From contig JBBQFN010000002.1 in NCBI GenBank assembly GCA_038321985.1, forward strand, positions 1 through 64,000: 64,000 nucleotides of DNA, in the 5' to 3' direction. Both the position numbers and the translations under genes were made by a program. Numbering within the stretch: position 1 is the stretch's first letter; each line of letters starts with the position of its first letter. The stretch is from Cyanophyceae cyanobacterium. GTDB taxonomy: Bacteria; Cyanobacteriota; Cyanobacteriia; Cyanobacteriales; Laspinemataceae. Positions 27,934-38,936 of the stretch are shown here, one piece after another. The notes below the pieces were generated by a model. It had not been told where the DNA came from. It saw only the letters and a program-made list of their open reading frames with translations, and made no database searches.

Positions 27934-28772
27934 TTAATTCGCTGCTGGTTCCGGTGCGATCGCCAGAGAATATATTTGATCTACGATTAAAACGGGCTGG
28001 TCCTTGTATTCTATTTCTAACTCATCTCTAACCTTCAAATCCCAGGTTAAATTATGTTCTCGCTCGATTTCGGTGAGGACGAAAGGACGCAAAACTCCTG
28101 TTGCTATCACCGTTTGACCCGGTTGGATAGCACTCTGTGGGTTGGGGACGATCGCCAGCAAAGTGTCTGATCCCATCGCACCAGAGGCATCTAATCTAAA
28201 GGAATTTGGGGTAACCATTGTAGCAACTTCTCCGGGGACTGCCAAAACGTGATTGTAGTAGCGCGTCGGATTGGTGGTAATTTCAGCGGGTTCCGGTGAG
28301 AAGGCGACTGACGGATAATAGTGGGTTTGCCTTCGTACTCTGCATACAGGTTGGGATCCAGTTCAAATCCGTAGGCCCGTTCGATATCTGTCGCTATAAA
28401 CCGGACAACGGTGCCCGTAATTTGCAGGGGGGTTTGAGTGTCCGTCGGGACAATCACCGGCACTCCCGAGGCATTAATTGCTAAAATGGGTTCGGTACCA
28501 AATACTTCCTCATCCTGAACGGTGAAGGTCTGGGGACTGACTTTAGTGATGGGTTTAGCGCGGATTGTCATCACAGTCCCGATCCGTTGTTCAGTTCGCC
28601 CTATCGCGTCGGATGAGGTAACAGAAGCCGGGTCTTCTGTCCCTGTGGTCATCAGTGTTTCGACGGGTTGACAAGCGATGAGCAACAGTGCCGTCAAAGC
28701 CAGGGCGACTGGTCTGTACCCCAGGGTTCGGCGATGAAATAGGCGATCGCGAGTCGGTGAATTTAGGCTCAT
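27934..28772 (-). pseudogene. Frameshifted lipoprotein with two repeated beta-rich domains
   Basis: Lipobox LLIAC. Frame breaks near 28310 (GKPTII then SVAFSPEPAEITTNP in another frame). Halves share TG...F...IER......LD......Y..KP motifs. Confidence 0.7.
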
Positions 28773-29665
28773 AAATAGGGATTTTTCTTACTTCAGGCTG
28801 ATTACGAACTGCTCTTTGGGTGAACACAACGGTTAAATAGATTGCCATCTAAGACCCTCTTCCTGGGGGTTTAGGGGGTTTCATTTGTCATAGCTCCTCT
28901 ATCTTGCCCCCTTAAAAGCAAGGGGCCGTTTCTCACCTCTATCTAAAGAAAGAAATGCGAAAATATTGTCGAATTTTCAGGGGAGAACTGGGTATGAGTT
29001 GAGGGAGTTTTAAGGTAATTTCTTACCGGCGATAGATTTAAACACTCCAGGTTAGCCCCTATCCTAAACTAAGGGAGAATAAATCCTTTGGGTGAAAGTA
29101 TGACTTGGGGAATAAACTCTCCTATTTTCCTAATTAGGAATCGATTTGTTAATTTTACCCCTGGTGTCCGTCCTAAAAAATGACCGGACCAGTCATGCTA
29201 TTTTTCCTGTTTTTTATACTTTAAGATCTTTATTTTTGTTGTTTATTTTAGGGGCTATCTTTTATTTATTTTCTACCCCGAGTTCGGGTCCAATCTAAGA
29301 AGGAGGAGAAACTGGGCCGCATTAGCGGAACCTATAAATCGGATTCTATAAATTGCTCATTTTCCACAGTCAAGCCGGTTTCAAAATTTGATTTTATTGC
29401 TTGATAGCAGTTGTTTTTCTTGACAATTGAAAGAACGTCTAGTATGGTTTAATGAAAGGACCAAACTTTGTTTATCTATCCCTACTGGGAAGTTACTTCA
29501 ACCGAGCTTTAAAATAGGGTGTTACCGAACTATCGGACATTGATGAGCAAGGCAAGTGCTGTTCACCCCAGGCTGGTCCTGGAGGGGGGTCATTAATAGT
29601 AACAGGGGATTAAACATCATTAAAGAACTTGACTCGTCAAAACCCGTAATGTTCAGTGAAAGATT

Positions 29666-32600
29666 ATGCAAGACCAATTTCTCACTATTCTTGAGGGGAT
29701 AACCGATGGCTTGGCAGCCTGCGATCGTCAATGGTGCATCACCTATGTCAATCAACGGGGTGCAGAAATCGTGGGAAGAAGTCAAGAACAATTGCTGGGA
29801 ACAATCCTATGGGAGAGTTTTCCCGAGGCGATCGCCTCGTCATGGAAAGAGGAATTTCATCGGGCGATCGCCCAAGGGGTTTCAGTTGAGATTCAAGAAT
29901 TTTACCCCATCCTGAATCAATGGCTTAAAGTTCAGGGCAGTCCCTCCGAAGCCGGGCTAGTTATCTATTATCAAGAGATCACCGATTGCCCCAAAATTCA
30001 AAATTCCCAGGACGGGAGGCAACCCGAAGCCAAAGGGGGATGCGGTGGAGTGGCGATCGCCTCCGCTCATACACACCAATTCCAACAGGTGAATTCCACT
30101 TGGGCTCAGATACATGGGTACAAGGTCGAACAACTGATTGGCACCTCGATTTTTGAGTTGTTTTCCCTAGACTGTCGCGACCCATTAATTGACACCCTCA
30201 GTTTAGCGGATGGGGGGGGATTTCATCAATTTGAATCCGTACAGATTGGGAAAGGAGGCAGTCTAATTGCGGGGATAACCGAGGTTAATTCCATTAAAGA
30301 TGCACAAGGAACTTTGCTGTATTACGTCTTTACCTTTACGGAGACGGACAAAGGGGAGCCAGGGTCAGAAATTGGGCCAAATCACTGCATAAAACTAACC
30401 GGATTAGAGCAGGCGATCGAAATTTTAGAAAGCATGACTGATGCTTTTGTCGCATTAGACCCGGAATGGCGAATCACGGACGTCAACGGAGAAACAGCTC
30501 GAATTAATCAAAAAAAGCCGGAAGAATTAATCGGAAAAACCTACTGGGAAGTGTGGCCGTGGTCTATCGGAACGCAAGTGGAACGGGAATATCGGCGGGC
30601 GATGAAGCAACAGGTTCCGGTGCGGTTAAAAGTGCTATATGAACCTTTACAAATGCGGTTGGAGATTCATGCTTATCCATCGGATGAGGGGTTGTTTATT
30701 TATTTCCGGGATATCAGCGATCGCAAGCAGTCGGAACAGGCATTGAGATACAGCGAACGATTCTACCAGGCGATTGGAGAGACGCTCAACTATGGGATAT
30801 GGGTCTGCGATCGCGAGGGTCAGGCAATTTATATGAGCGAATCATTTCAAAACTTAGTCGGACTCAGCCTCGGCGAATGTGCGGGGTTTGGATGGACCCA
30901 GGCACTGCATCCCGAGGAGAAAGATCAGACCCTGGTAGCATGGAAAGAGTGCGTAGAAACCGAAGATATCTGGGATCGTGAGCATCACTTCCGGGGTGTA
31001 GATGGAAACTGGTATCCGAGCTTATGCCGAGGCGTTCGGGTCAAAAATGAGGCGGGGGAGACGATTTGCTGGACCGGAATCAACCTAGATATCAGCCGTC
31101 AAAAACAGGGAGAACGGGAACTGCGCGATCGCAAAGAGCGGTTGCAGGCAGCGCTATCGGCCTCAGAAACGGGTACTTATCGATGGAACATCCAAACTGA
31201 CGCCCAAGACTGGGATGAGATGATGAATCGGTTATTTGGTCTCCCAGAAGACCGTCTCCTGATGACGTTACAGGAGTTTATCTCCCTGATCCACCCGGAA
31301 GACCAAGAAGCAGTGAGACAGAAGTTGAAAAGCTGCACGAAATTTATTCAAGACTTTGAACTAGAGTACCGAATTATCTGGCCCGATGGTAGCATTCACT
31401 GGATTTTTGATAAAGGAAAGACCTTCACCGATGAGGGGGGAAATCCTGCGTATATGACGGGCGCTTGTATGGATATCACCACTCAGAAGCGGATGGAGGA
31501 GGAGGTCCAGATTGGACGGGAACGCCTGGATCTGGTTTTAGACTCGTCGGAGTTGGGTTTGTGGTATTGCGACCTCCCCTTTGATAAACTGGAGTGGAAT
31601 CCAAAGTGTAAGGAACATTTTGGACTTTCTCCAGATACCGAAGTCACCATCGCCCAATTTTATGACTCTATACATCCGGAGGACCGCGATCGCACTCAGG
31701 AGGCGATTACCCGAGCGATCGAGGATCATACTTCTTATCAAATCGATTATCGCACCGTTGATTCAATCGGAAAAATCCGGTGGATTCGAGCGATCGGACG
31801 AGCTTTTTATAACCAGTCTGGAGAACCGATTCGCTTTGATGGGATTACCATCGATATTAGCGATCGCAAACGGGCAGAAGAAACCCTAGAGAGTCACCGA
31901 AAATGGTTAGCTTTAGCTCAAAATATCGGCAAAATTGGGATATGTGATTGGAATTTAGAAACCGGGGAAATTACCTGGAATGAAGAACTTAAAGCGCTTT
32001 ATGAAAAGTTCCCTGGCAGCTTTGATGGAACTGTCAAAAGCGCACTGGCGATGATTCACCCCAGCGATCGCCCCCGAGTAGAAAAAAAAGCCCTGCAATG
32101 TAGCCAGGAAGGAATTGATTTCGATAGCGAATTTCGGATTCTCTTGCCCGGGGGTCAAGTGCGCTGGATGGAGGGAAAAGCTAGAGCATTTCAGGATGAA
32201 ACGGGACAATCGATGCGGGTGATCGGGGTCAACATGGACATCACCGATCGCAAGTTAGCTGAAGAAGCCCTACGGGAGAGTGAACAGAGATTTCGTGCCG
32301 CCCAAGAGCTCTCCCTGGATGCCTTTATCATTTTACACGCCCTCCGCGATACCGAGGGAGAGATTATCGATTTTGAGGGGGACTATGCCAACCCGAAAGC
32401 CTCTGAAATCATGGGATATCCTATTGATGAATTAGTGGGTCATCGTCTCAGTCATCGCCTACCGGGATATAAAAGCAGTAGTGACCTTTTTGAACGCTAT
32501 GCGCAGGTGACCGAAACCGGGATTCCTCACGATATCGAACTAGAATATAAAGCGGATGGTATCCGAGGCTGGTTCCGGAATGTGGCCGTCAAATTAGGAG

Positions 32601-33886
32601 ACGGGGTGGCGGTTTCCTTTAGCAATATCACCGATCGCAAATTGCAGGAACAAGAACGATTACACCTGCTGGAATTGGAACGAGAAGCGCGATCACAAGC
32701 GGAGGTTGCCAACCGCATTAAGGACGAATTCCTCGCCGTCTTATCCCATGAATTGCGATCTCCTCTTAACCCCATTCTGGGCTGGACACAATTGCTCAAA
32801 AGGGGAACACTTTCCCCGGAAAAAACCCAACAAGCCTTAGAAATTATCGAACGCAATGCTAAATTACAAACTGAATTGATCGAAGACTTACTCGATGTAT
32901 CTCGGATTCTGCGCGGGAAGCTAATTCTTACTCAAACCGCCGTAGAACTGCCTTATGTGATTGACTCGGCGATCGAAACTGTTCGCTTAGCAGCCCAGGC
33001 GAAATCTATAGAAATACACACCGAGTTTAGCCCCCATATCAGGCAAGTATTAGGAGATTCAAACCGCTTGCAGCAAGCTGTATGGAATCTGCTCTCCAAT
33101 GCTGTGAAGTTTACCCCCCCTAGAGGGCAAGTTACGATCCAACTCACTCAAGAGGAAGACTGGGGTCACATTCAGGTAAAAGATTCGGGCAGGGGAATTG
33201 ATCCGGACTTTTTGCCTCATGTCTTTGAAAACTTCCGACAAGCGGATAGTACCACGACTCGCACCTTTGGCGGACTCGGGTTAGGACTGGCGATCGCCCG
33301 TCACTTAGTCGAATTACATGGCGGCAAAATTTGGGCGAACAGTCCCGGATTGGGACAGGGAGCTATATTTACTATGAGTCTGCCTTTGTTACCGGAGTCT
33401 GGAGAATTTTCTCCCCCGGAGTCCATCGCCCCGGAGTTACCGAACTTACAGGGAATAAAAATACTCGTCGTCGATGATATTCCTGATACTCGGGAGTTTA
33501 TGGTTTTTGTGCTAGAAATGGAGGATGCCGTGGTCAAGGCGGTAGAGTCTGCACAGATGGCGATTTCTGTGATTCAGGAATGGCAACCGGATATATTGAT
33601 CAGTGATATTGGAATGCCTGAACTCGATGGCTACGGATTAATTCGCACGATCCGACTGCTCTCTCCCGAAGAAGGGGGGAGGATTCCCGCCATCGCCGTA
33701 ACCGCTTATGCCGCAGAGAGCGATCGCCAAGCCATTCTCGCGGCAGGGTTTAATACTCACATTCCTAAACCCGTGGAACCCTTAAAATTAGCTCGGGCGA
33801 TCGCCCGGTTGCTTCGGGTAGGCGATCGCCATTTTAGCCCGACCGAACCCCCAGGCAACGACCTCGGCTTATCCTCGCACATATAA
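29666..33886 (+). CDS. Multi-PAS hybrid sensor histidine kinase / receiver
   Basis: About 8 PAS/PAC units, FLAVLSHELRSPL H-box, NLLSNAVKFT, DSGRGI, GGLGLGL, receiver VVDD...SDIGMP. Confidence 0.95.
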   Translation: MQDQFLTILEGITDGLAACDRQWCITYVNQRGAEIVGRSQEQLLGTILWESFPEAIASSWKEEFHRAIAQGVSVEIQEFYPILNQWLKVQGSPSEAGLVIYYQEITDCPKIQNSQDGRQPEAKGGCGGVAIASAHTHQFQQVNSTWAQIHGYKVEQLIGTSIFELFSLDCRDPLIDTLSLADGGGFHQFESVQIGKGGSLIAGITEVNSIKDAQGTLLYYVFTFTETDKGEPGSEIGPNHCIKLTGLEQAIEILESMTDAFVALDPEWRITDVNGETARINQKKPEELIGKTYWEVWPWSIGTQVEREYRRAMKQQVPVRLKVLYEPLQMRLEIHAYPSDEGLFIYFRDISDRKQSEQALRYSERFYQAIGETLNYGIWVCDREGQAIYMSESFQNLVGLSLGECAGFGWTQALHPEEKDQTLVAWKECVETEDIWDREHHFRGVDGNWYPSLCRGVRVKNEAGETICWTGINLDISRQKQGERELRDRKERLQAALSASETGTYRWNIQTDAQDWDEMMNRLFGLPEDRLLMTLQEFISLIHPEDQEAVRQKLKSCTKFIQDFELEYRIIWPDGSIHWIFDKGKTFTDEGGNPAYMTGACMDITTQKRMEEEVQIGRERLDLVLDSSELGLWYCDLPFDKLEWNPKCKEHFGLSPDTEVTIAQFYDSIHPEDRDRTQEAITRAIEDHTSYQIDYRTVDSIGKIRWIRAIGRAFYNQSGEPIRFDGITIDISDRKRAEETLESHRKWLALAQNIGKIGICDWNLETGEITWNEELKALYEKFPGSFDGTVKSALAMIHPSDRPRVEKKALQCSQEGIDFDSEFRILLPGGQVRWMEGKARAFQDETGQSMRVIGVNMDITDRKLAEEALRESEQRFRAAQELSLDAFIILHALRDTEGEIIDFEGDYANPKASEIMGYPIDELVGHRLSHRLPGYKSSSDLFERYAQVTETGIPHDIELEYKADGIRGWFRNVAVKLGDGVAVSFSNITDRKLQEQERLHLLELEREARSQAEVANRIKDEFLAVLSHELRSPLNPILGWTQLLKRGTLSPEKTQQALEIIERNAKLQTELIEDLLDVSRILRGKLILTQTAVELPYVIDSAIETVRLAAQAKSIEIHTEFSPHIRQVLGDSNRLQQAVWNLLSNAVKFTPPRGQVTIQLTQEEDWGHIQVKDSGRGIDPDFLPHVFENFRQADSTTTRTFGGLGLGLAIARHLVELHGGKIWANSPGLGQGAIFTMSLPLLPESGEFSPPESIAPELPNLQGIKILVVDDIPDTREFMVFVLEMEDAVVKAVESAQMAISVIQEWQPDILISDIGMPELDGYGLIRTIRLLSPEEGGRIPAIAVTAYAAESDRQAILAAGFNTHIPKPVEPLKLARAIARLLRVGDRHFSPTEPPGNDLGLSSHI

Positions 33887-36292
33887 TCGGCGGAAACGTT
33901 CCCCCTGAATCAGCCTCCCGTTAATCTTGACCTCGCGATCGTCAGCCCATGCTTGCTGAGGCTGGAACCCATGTAAATGAACTTGCACCTGATCATAAGG
34001 GAACGGATACTTTCCCTCTTCCTCCCATCTCACTTCCAATCCATTCTCATCTCGGACCATGTAAAAGCGATCGCTTCGTCCTTCCTCATACCCATCTCCG
34101 GCATCGCTATAGATCCATCCTTCCCCAGACCCTTGCCCCGGCGGATAAATGTGCAAAGTCAGACAATTTTCCTCCTCCATCGGCAGAATGCTTCCCGCCT
34201 TGACAAACACCGGAATCTGTTCAAGGGGAGTTTCCACCATCACCGATTCCCCGCCCTGGAACTGCCGTTCCTGCCAGAAGTCGTACCAATCGCCCTTGGG
34301 TAAACGGACTGAGCGCGATCGCATCCCTTTCTCGGTAACTGCCCACACGATCAGGGCATCCCCGAGTAAAAACCCATCCTCGATATCCCACAGGTCCGGG
34401 TCCTCCGGGTCTGCCCAAAACAGGGGACGCACCAAAGGATATCCCTTCTGACTCGTTTCCTGGGTCAAAGTATAAAAATAAGGGAGTAACCGATAACGCA
34501 GCTTCAAAAACTCTCTCACAATGCTCAGGCTTGGTTCTCCATAGACCCAAGGCGGACGCGCTTCTACATTATTCGAGGAATGGGTGCGATAAAAAGGCAT
34601 AAATGTTGCCATTTGGAACCAACGCAGGTATAATTCCGGTGAGGGATTGCCCTGGAACCCCCCAATATCCGGACCACTGTAGGGAATTCCTGACAATCCC
34701 AACCCTACCACCGTGGCGATGGTTTGATGGAGTGCGCCCCAACTGGATTCGATATCCCCCGTCCAAGTCCAGGCATAGCGTTGCAGTCCCGCCCAACCCG
34801 ACCGCGAAACAATAAACGGACGGCGATCGGGATGATGATTGCACAAACTCTCATATCCGGCCTGAGCTTGCAACAGCCCATAAAAATTGTGAGCTTCGCG
34901 GTGATCACCCCCCCGACCTTCCATAAAATGCTTCGTTGATCGCGGGGGTAAAGTACCATCTCCCCAGGCCACAAAACAGGCGGGTTCGTTCATATCATGC
35001 CAAAATCCTGTTACCCCCGCATCCAGCAAATAGAGATACTGGCGACTCCACCAGTGGCGGACTTTGGAGTTTGTAAAATCAGGGAACACCGACCAACCGG
35101 GCCAAACCGGGGCCGAGACTAGGGTGCCATCGGACCGGGTGCAAAACGCCCCGAGTAACTGACCTTCCAAAAATAGGTTACTTTGGCGGCTATACTTAAT
35201 TCCGGGGTTAAGAATGGCAATAAACCGCACCCCCTTGTCTAACAAGTCTTGAGTAAATTTTGGTAGATTAGGAAAACGTTCTGGATCGATGGTGAAGGCG
35301 CGAAACCCAACTTGGCAATCAATATCTAGATGGACTGCACTCAAGGGCAAATCCTGCGCTTGAAATTCCTCTACCATTTCTTGTATAACTTCTTCGGTGC
35401 GATATCCCCAACGAGATTGATGATATCCCAGTGCCCACCGGGGGGGTAACGGCGATCGCCCGGTCAACTCTGTATAACGCTCCAACAACTGCGCCGGTTT
35501 GCCCGAGGTAAAGTAGTAACGCAGAGAACCGCCCTCAAAATCCGCAGTGGCGACATCCGCAAAAGTAAAATGACCTTCATAGGAATTTTCATAGAAAATC
35601 AGGTAACTGCCGTTACGGTGCAGTCCTAAATAAAGAGGGATAGAAATATACATGGGGTCAGAACCCGGAGTATATTTCCCGGCAGCGTCGAAGTTCCAAA
35701 TCCGAAAGGTTTTAGGGTTACCCTTTTTATCTTGATCACGGCGTAGATTCAGGGAAGAAGCACGTTCTCCCAACCCATAAATCCCTTCCTCCTGTTCTAG
35801 GGGGGCGCGATGAATCCATCCCTCCTCTTTGCGCTGGGGTGGCAGTTCTTGCCGTAAGAGATTCCCCGCGCGATCGCGCCATTGCACCGATCCATCCAGG
35901 GTAACTGTAATCTGTAACTCGGCACTCTCCAGAGTCCATCCGTCCCCCGAGTTGGCTAAAGTTGTCTCCACCTCCGGCCAATCTTGACGGACGATCGCAT
36001 AGGGAATCGGTTCGACTCCCGGTTTCCAATCTATTCGCACCAAGTCCCCGGTTAAAAAGGAAATATGCAGTTCCGCTAGTTCAAAATAGAACGTTGCCCC
36101 CCTGGGGCTAGATTCTGCCCTCAGTAATTTTCCCGGATGATCAAAGGAGTCAGCCGTGGCAAGTTTGGGTTCTTGACGTTCCACGCGATCGCGTTCCCAG
36201 GAATATAAGAAGGCGGGAATCGTATATTTAAGGTAAAAAAGACCAATGATATAGTATCGAAATTTGAGAGAAATTTGTTTCAGAAGTGTCAT
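33869..36292 (-). CDS. GH31 alpha-glucosidase
   Basis: PRWALGYHQSRWGY, LDID, GFWHDMNEP, WTGDIES, GPDIGGF; likely ATG at 36292. Confidence 0.93.
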   Translation of the reverse strand: MTLLKQISLKFRYYIIGLFYLKYTIPAFLYSWERDRVERQEPKLATADSFDHPGKLLRAESSPRGATFYFELAELHISFLTGDLVRIDWKPGVEPIPYAIVRQDWPEVETTLANSGDGWTLESAELQITVTLDGSVQWRDRAGNLLRQELPPQRKEEGWIHRAPLEQEEGIYGLGERASSLNLRRDQDKKGNPKTFRIWNFDAAGKYTPGSDPMYISIPLYLGLHRNGSYLIFYENSYEGHFTFADVATADFEGGSLRYYFTSGKPAQLLERYTELTGRSPLPPRWALGYHQSRWGYRTEEVIQEMVEEFQAQDLPLSAVHLDIDCQVGFRAFTIDPERFPNLPKFTQDLLDKGVRFIAILNPGIKYSRQSNLFLEGQLLGAFCTRSDGTLVSAPVWPGWSVFPDFTNSKVRHWWSRQYLYLLDAGVTGFWHDMNEPACFVAWGDGTLPPRSTKHFMEGRGGDHREAHNFYGLLQAQAGYESLCNHHPDRRPFIVSRSGWAGLQRYAWTWTGDIESSWGALHQTIATVVGLGLSGIPYSGPDIGGFQGNPSPELYLRWFQMATFMPFYRTHSSNNVEARPPWVYGEPSLSIVREFLKLRYRLLPYFYTLTQETSQKGYPLVRPLFWADPEDPDLWDIEDGFLLGDALIVWAVTEKGMRSRSVRLPKGDWYDFWQERQFQGGESVMVETPLEQIPVFVKAGSILPMEEENCLTLHIYPPGQGSGEGWIYSDAGDGYEEGRSDRFYMVRDENGLEVRWEEEGKYPFPYDQVQVHLHGFQPQQAWADDREVKINGRLIQGERFRRLYVRG

Positions 36293-36473
36293 AAATTTGC
36301 CAGTAATGACCCGGGTTTGCTTCCAGGGGGAGCAAAAGGCGATCGCTCCGTTAACTGTTCTATCTTGGCAACTTGCCGGGGCGATCGCGATCAACCCTGA
36401 GAAAGATTTTTAGGCGTTACACACTCCTGATGGGTAGCTGACCCTACCCACTCCGCTTTTTAAGTCCTAACTA

Positions 36474-37022
36474 CTAAGGAATTACGGTCACCGTTGTGCC
36501 GATTTGCACTTGATCGTACAAGGCGATCGCATCTTGATCGAACATTCGGGCGCATCCCGAGGATTCCGCCCCTCCGATTGACTGCGGAGAGTGAGTCCCG
36601 TGAAAGCCGATCGCATTATTGCCGTCCGTCCAAAATGCGATCCATCTTGGCCCTAAAGGATTTTGAGGCACCCCTGCGGGGATGACTTCCCCGGTAAACG
36701 GACTTTCCCACACCGGATCTTTAACCATCTGAAACACGCGAAATGTCCCCAAGGGAGTTTCTGAACCGGGTTTACCGACGGCAACCGGATAAGAGGACTG
36801 TAAAACATTATTGTGATAAACATATACCCGGCGATCGCTCAAAGATAAGATTAGATGGCTTTGATTAGGGACAGGAGTCCTATAAGCTGTTTCCTGTAAA
36901 CTTATCGTCTCTAGTTCAGGAACCCTAGGGGAACTTGCTAAATCATTAGGAGTAGAGTGAGCGGGGGCGCTACCTAAAGCCAGTATTAAAGTACCTAAGA
37001 CAGAAATGTGACGGAGGAACAT
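36474..37022 (-). CDS. L,D-transpeptidase (YkuD family)
   Basis: Signal peptide, YPVAVGK..TPLG, NPLGPRW, IGFHGT...SSGCARM. Confidence 0.92.
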   Translation of the reverse strand: MFLRHISVLGTLILALGSAPAHSTPNDLASSPRVPELETISLQETAYRTPVPNQSHLILSLSDRRVYVYHNNVLQSSYPVAVGKPGSETPLGTFRVFQMVKDPVWESPFTGEVIPAGVPQNPLGPRWIAFWTDGNNAIGFHGTHSPQSIGGAESSGCARMFDQDAIALYDQVQIGTTVTVIP

Positions 37023-37277
37023 AGCAATCCCTAACTTCGATCAGTAATTGCAGTTTACAGAAGTTACTCTTTGAACTACGGACTCTACTGTTCCACTATT
37101 ATGATTGGATGTTTTTGGGGTGGCGATCGCTAAGCCAACACCCCAACCCAAAGGAGACAGTTAACTAACTGGTTCTATCCCTCCCGGGACAGCACAAAAA
37201 CTGTCTGAATATTCCTGAAAAACTAGAAAAATATTCCGGACAATCAGAATAGAAACCCGATGGAGAAAACCCAGATT

Positions 37278-37415
37278 ATGAACACTCAAGCACAACCTTC
37301 AACTCAGCCTCAAACTGCGAGTGCTCAGACTGAATTAGAAAAAGCAGCCCAGGACTTTGGTCGTGCTTTAGTGGTGTACTTAGCGTGGAAGTCCACGGGT
37401 TTACTCGACCCCTAA
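37278..37415 (+). CDS. Small unannotated 45-aa protein
   Basis: Manual translation MNTQAQPSTQPQTASAQTELEKAAQDFGRALVVYLAWKSTGLLDP; GGAG upstream. Confidence 0.45.
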   Translation: MNTQAQPSTQPQTASAQTELEKAAQDFGRALVVYLAWKSTGLLDP

Positions 37416-37491
37416 CGCACCCTCGGTGAACAGAAGAATACCAGCGTCCGATACATGATGGAAACCGGACTTACCACACACCCGGGGTAGA

Positions 37492-37593
37492 TATAGCAAT
37501 TCCTAAATCAGTTTTATCGAAAAATAGCGAGCAAGAAGCCTAGACTTCTTGCTCGCTTGGTATATTAAAACTCATTTAAGATTGCTTGCTATA
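37492..37593. mobile_element. MITE-like palindromic element
   Basis: Imperfect termini tatagcaattcctaaatcagtttt / aaaactcatttaagattgcttgctata around a perfect 13-bp inner stem agcgagcaagaag/cttcttgctcgct. Confidence 0.6.
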
Positions 37594-37772
37594 GTTGGGG
37601 CAATTTATGAAGTGCTTCTACCGATTTGCCTCAGCCTGGGGGAAAAAAATCATCCCCCACCCCAAAACAAAAGCCCCCATCCAAGGGGGCCTTTTCAGGC
37701 TTTAAACAATTTGACATGGGTCAATATAAGTAAATCTACGCCCTAAGAGCGACATTGAAAATTTGTTGAAAT

Positions 37773-37928
37773 TTAAGGCGTCCAGCTTGCTTCAAGGAGG
37801 CGATGTTTCCGAAAACTGGCCCGGATGTGGCTGGAATAGCTGAGGGCTCGCACGAAGTGTTCGGCCAATTCTTTGATGTGGATGGACAGGGTGCGAGATT
37901 CGGTAGTAGTTTGAGCGTCATTTTCCAT
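37773..37928 (-). CDS. Small unannotated 51-aa protein
   Basis: Manual translation MENDAQTTTESRTLSIHIKELAEHFVRALSYSSHIRASFRKHRLLEASWTP; RBS AGAGGA 7 nt upstream of ATG. Confidence 0.45.
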   Translation of the reverse strand: MENDAQTTTESRTLSIHIKELAEHFVRALSYSSHIRASFRKHRLLEASWTP

Positions 37929-38524
37929 GACTTTATCCTCTTTTTTGGCTTGAGTTTGGCAGAGTGTCGAGTTCTAACCATCCTAGTTATATTTTACATC
38001 ACCCTAAACCTTTAATTAAACGAAAATTTATCAACGCTCTTAAAATGGGATACCGGATAGGATTTCAACCCGACACTTATAATCATCCCATTTTTTTTCA
38101 AGGTAGGCCGTGATGATTTGGGGTCAAACTAGGTGATAGTTTGGGGGTTTTTCAGCGATCGCCGTCACAGGTAGGATGGACTTAGGCAACCCGCATCAAT
38201 AGCACCAGTTCACTTTCTACAGTGGGCTGAGGCAGGGGCGATGGTTGGGAAGAGACGGGAGTGGACTCGGTAGATTTTGGGAAGAAGAAAGTAATGATTT
38301 CCATGATAGATGCGTCCTTTAACTTGATGACTCAACTATCAGCCAGAGTCAACCGGATCGGGCGATCGCCTGTGGCACTCTTTGAATTGGTTCTTTCATT
38401 CCCCCGATCCAGCGAAGTCTGGGTTCCCATCACTGGGCGTAACAGTGGACAGTTGCAAAAGTGGCGATCTCAGCGGAACTAGGATAAAATGCTGAGTGTT
38501 ACTGCCGCCCAACCTTAATCTCTC

Positions 38525-38911
38525 ATGGTTCTATCTGACCCTTCCACTGCTCATCCAGGGCCTGACCCCGCTTACGATTCAGGCGGGTTCCACACTCACG
38601 CCAATCACGCCCACGACTCAGACAGGCACTCCCATGTGCACGTTCATAGTGAAGAATCCCTACGTCGCCTGGTCAATCGGCTTTCTCGCATTGAAGGTCA
38701 TATCCGGGGGATTAAAACCATGGTCCAAGAAAGCCGCCCCTGTCCGGAAGTCCTTCTCCAAGTTGCTGCGGTGCGAGGTGCACTCGATCGCGTCGCCCGG
38801 ATTGTCCTAGACGAACACCTCACCGAATGCCTAGCCCGCGCTGCCAAAGAGGGTAATATCGACGATGAAATCGAAGAACTCAAAGCCGCCCTGGACCGCT
38901 TTCTACCCTAG
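38525..38911 (+). CDS. CsoR/RcnR-family metal-sensing repressor (InrS-like) with His-rich N-terminus
   Basis: NRLSRIEGHIRGI, CPEVLLQVAAVRGAL, HLTEC; HTHANHAHDSDRHSHVHVHS. Confidence 0.92.
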   Translation: MVLSDPSTAHPGPDPAYDSGGFHTHANHAHDSDRHSHVHVHSEESLRRLVNRLSRIEGHIRGIKTMVQESRPCPEVLLQVAAVRGALDRVARIVLDEHLTECLARAAKEGNIDDEIEELKAALDRFLP

Positions 38912-38936
38912 CTTGCCAAGGGTGTCAGTGCGGCTT

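Noticed and set aside
37736..37981. 81-aa and 70-aa ORFs from the track
   Set aside because: No recognisable features; the overlapping 51-aa frame (37773-37928) has the better RBS and composition
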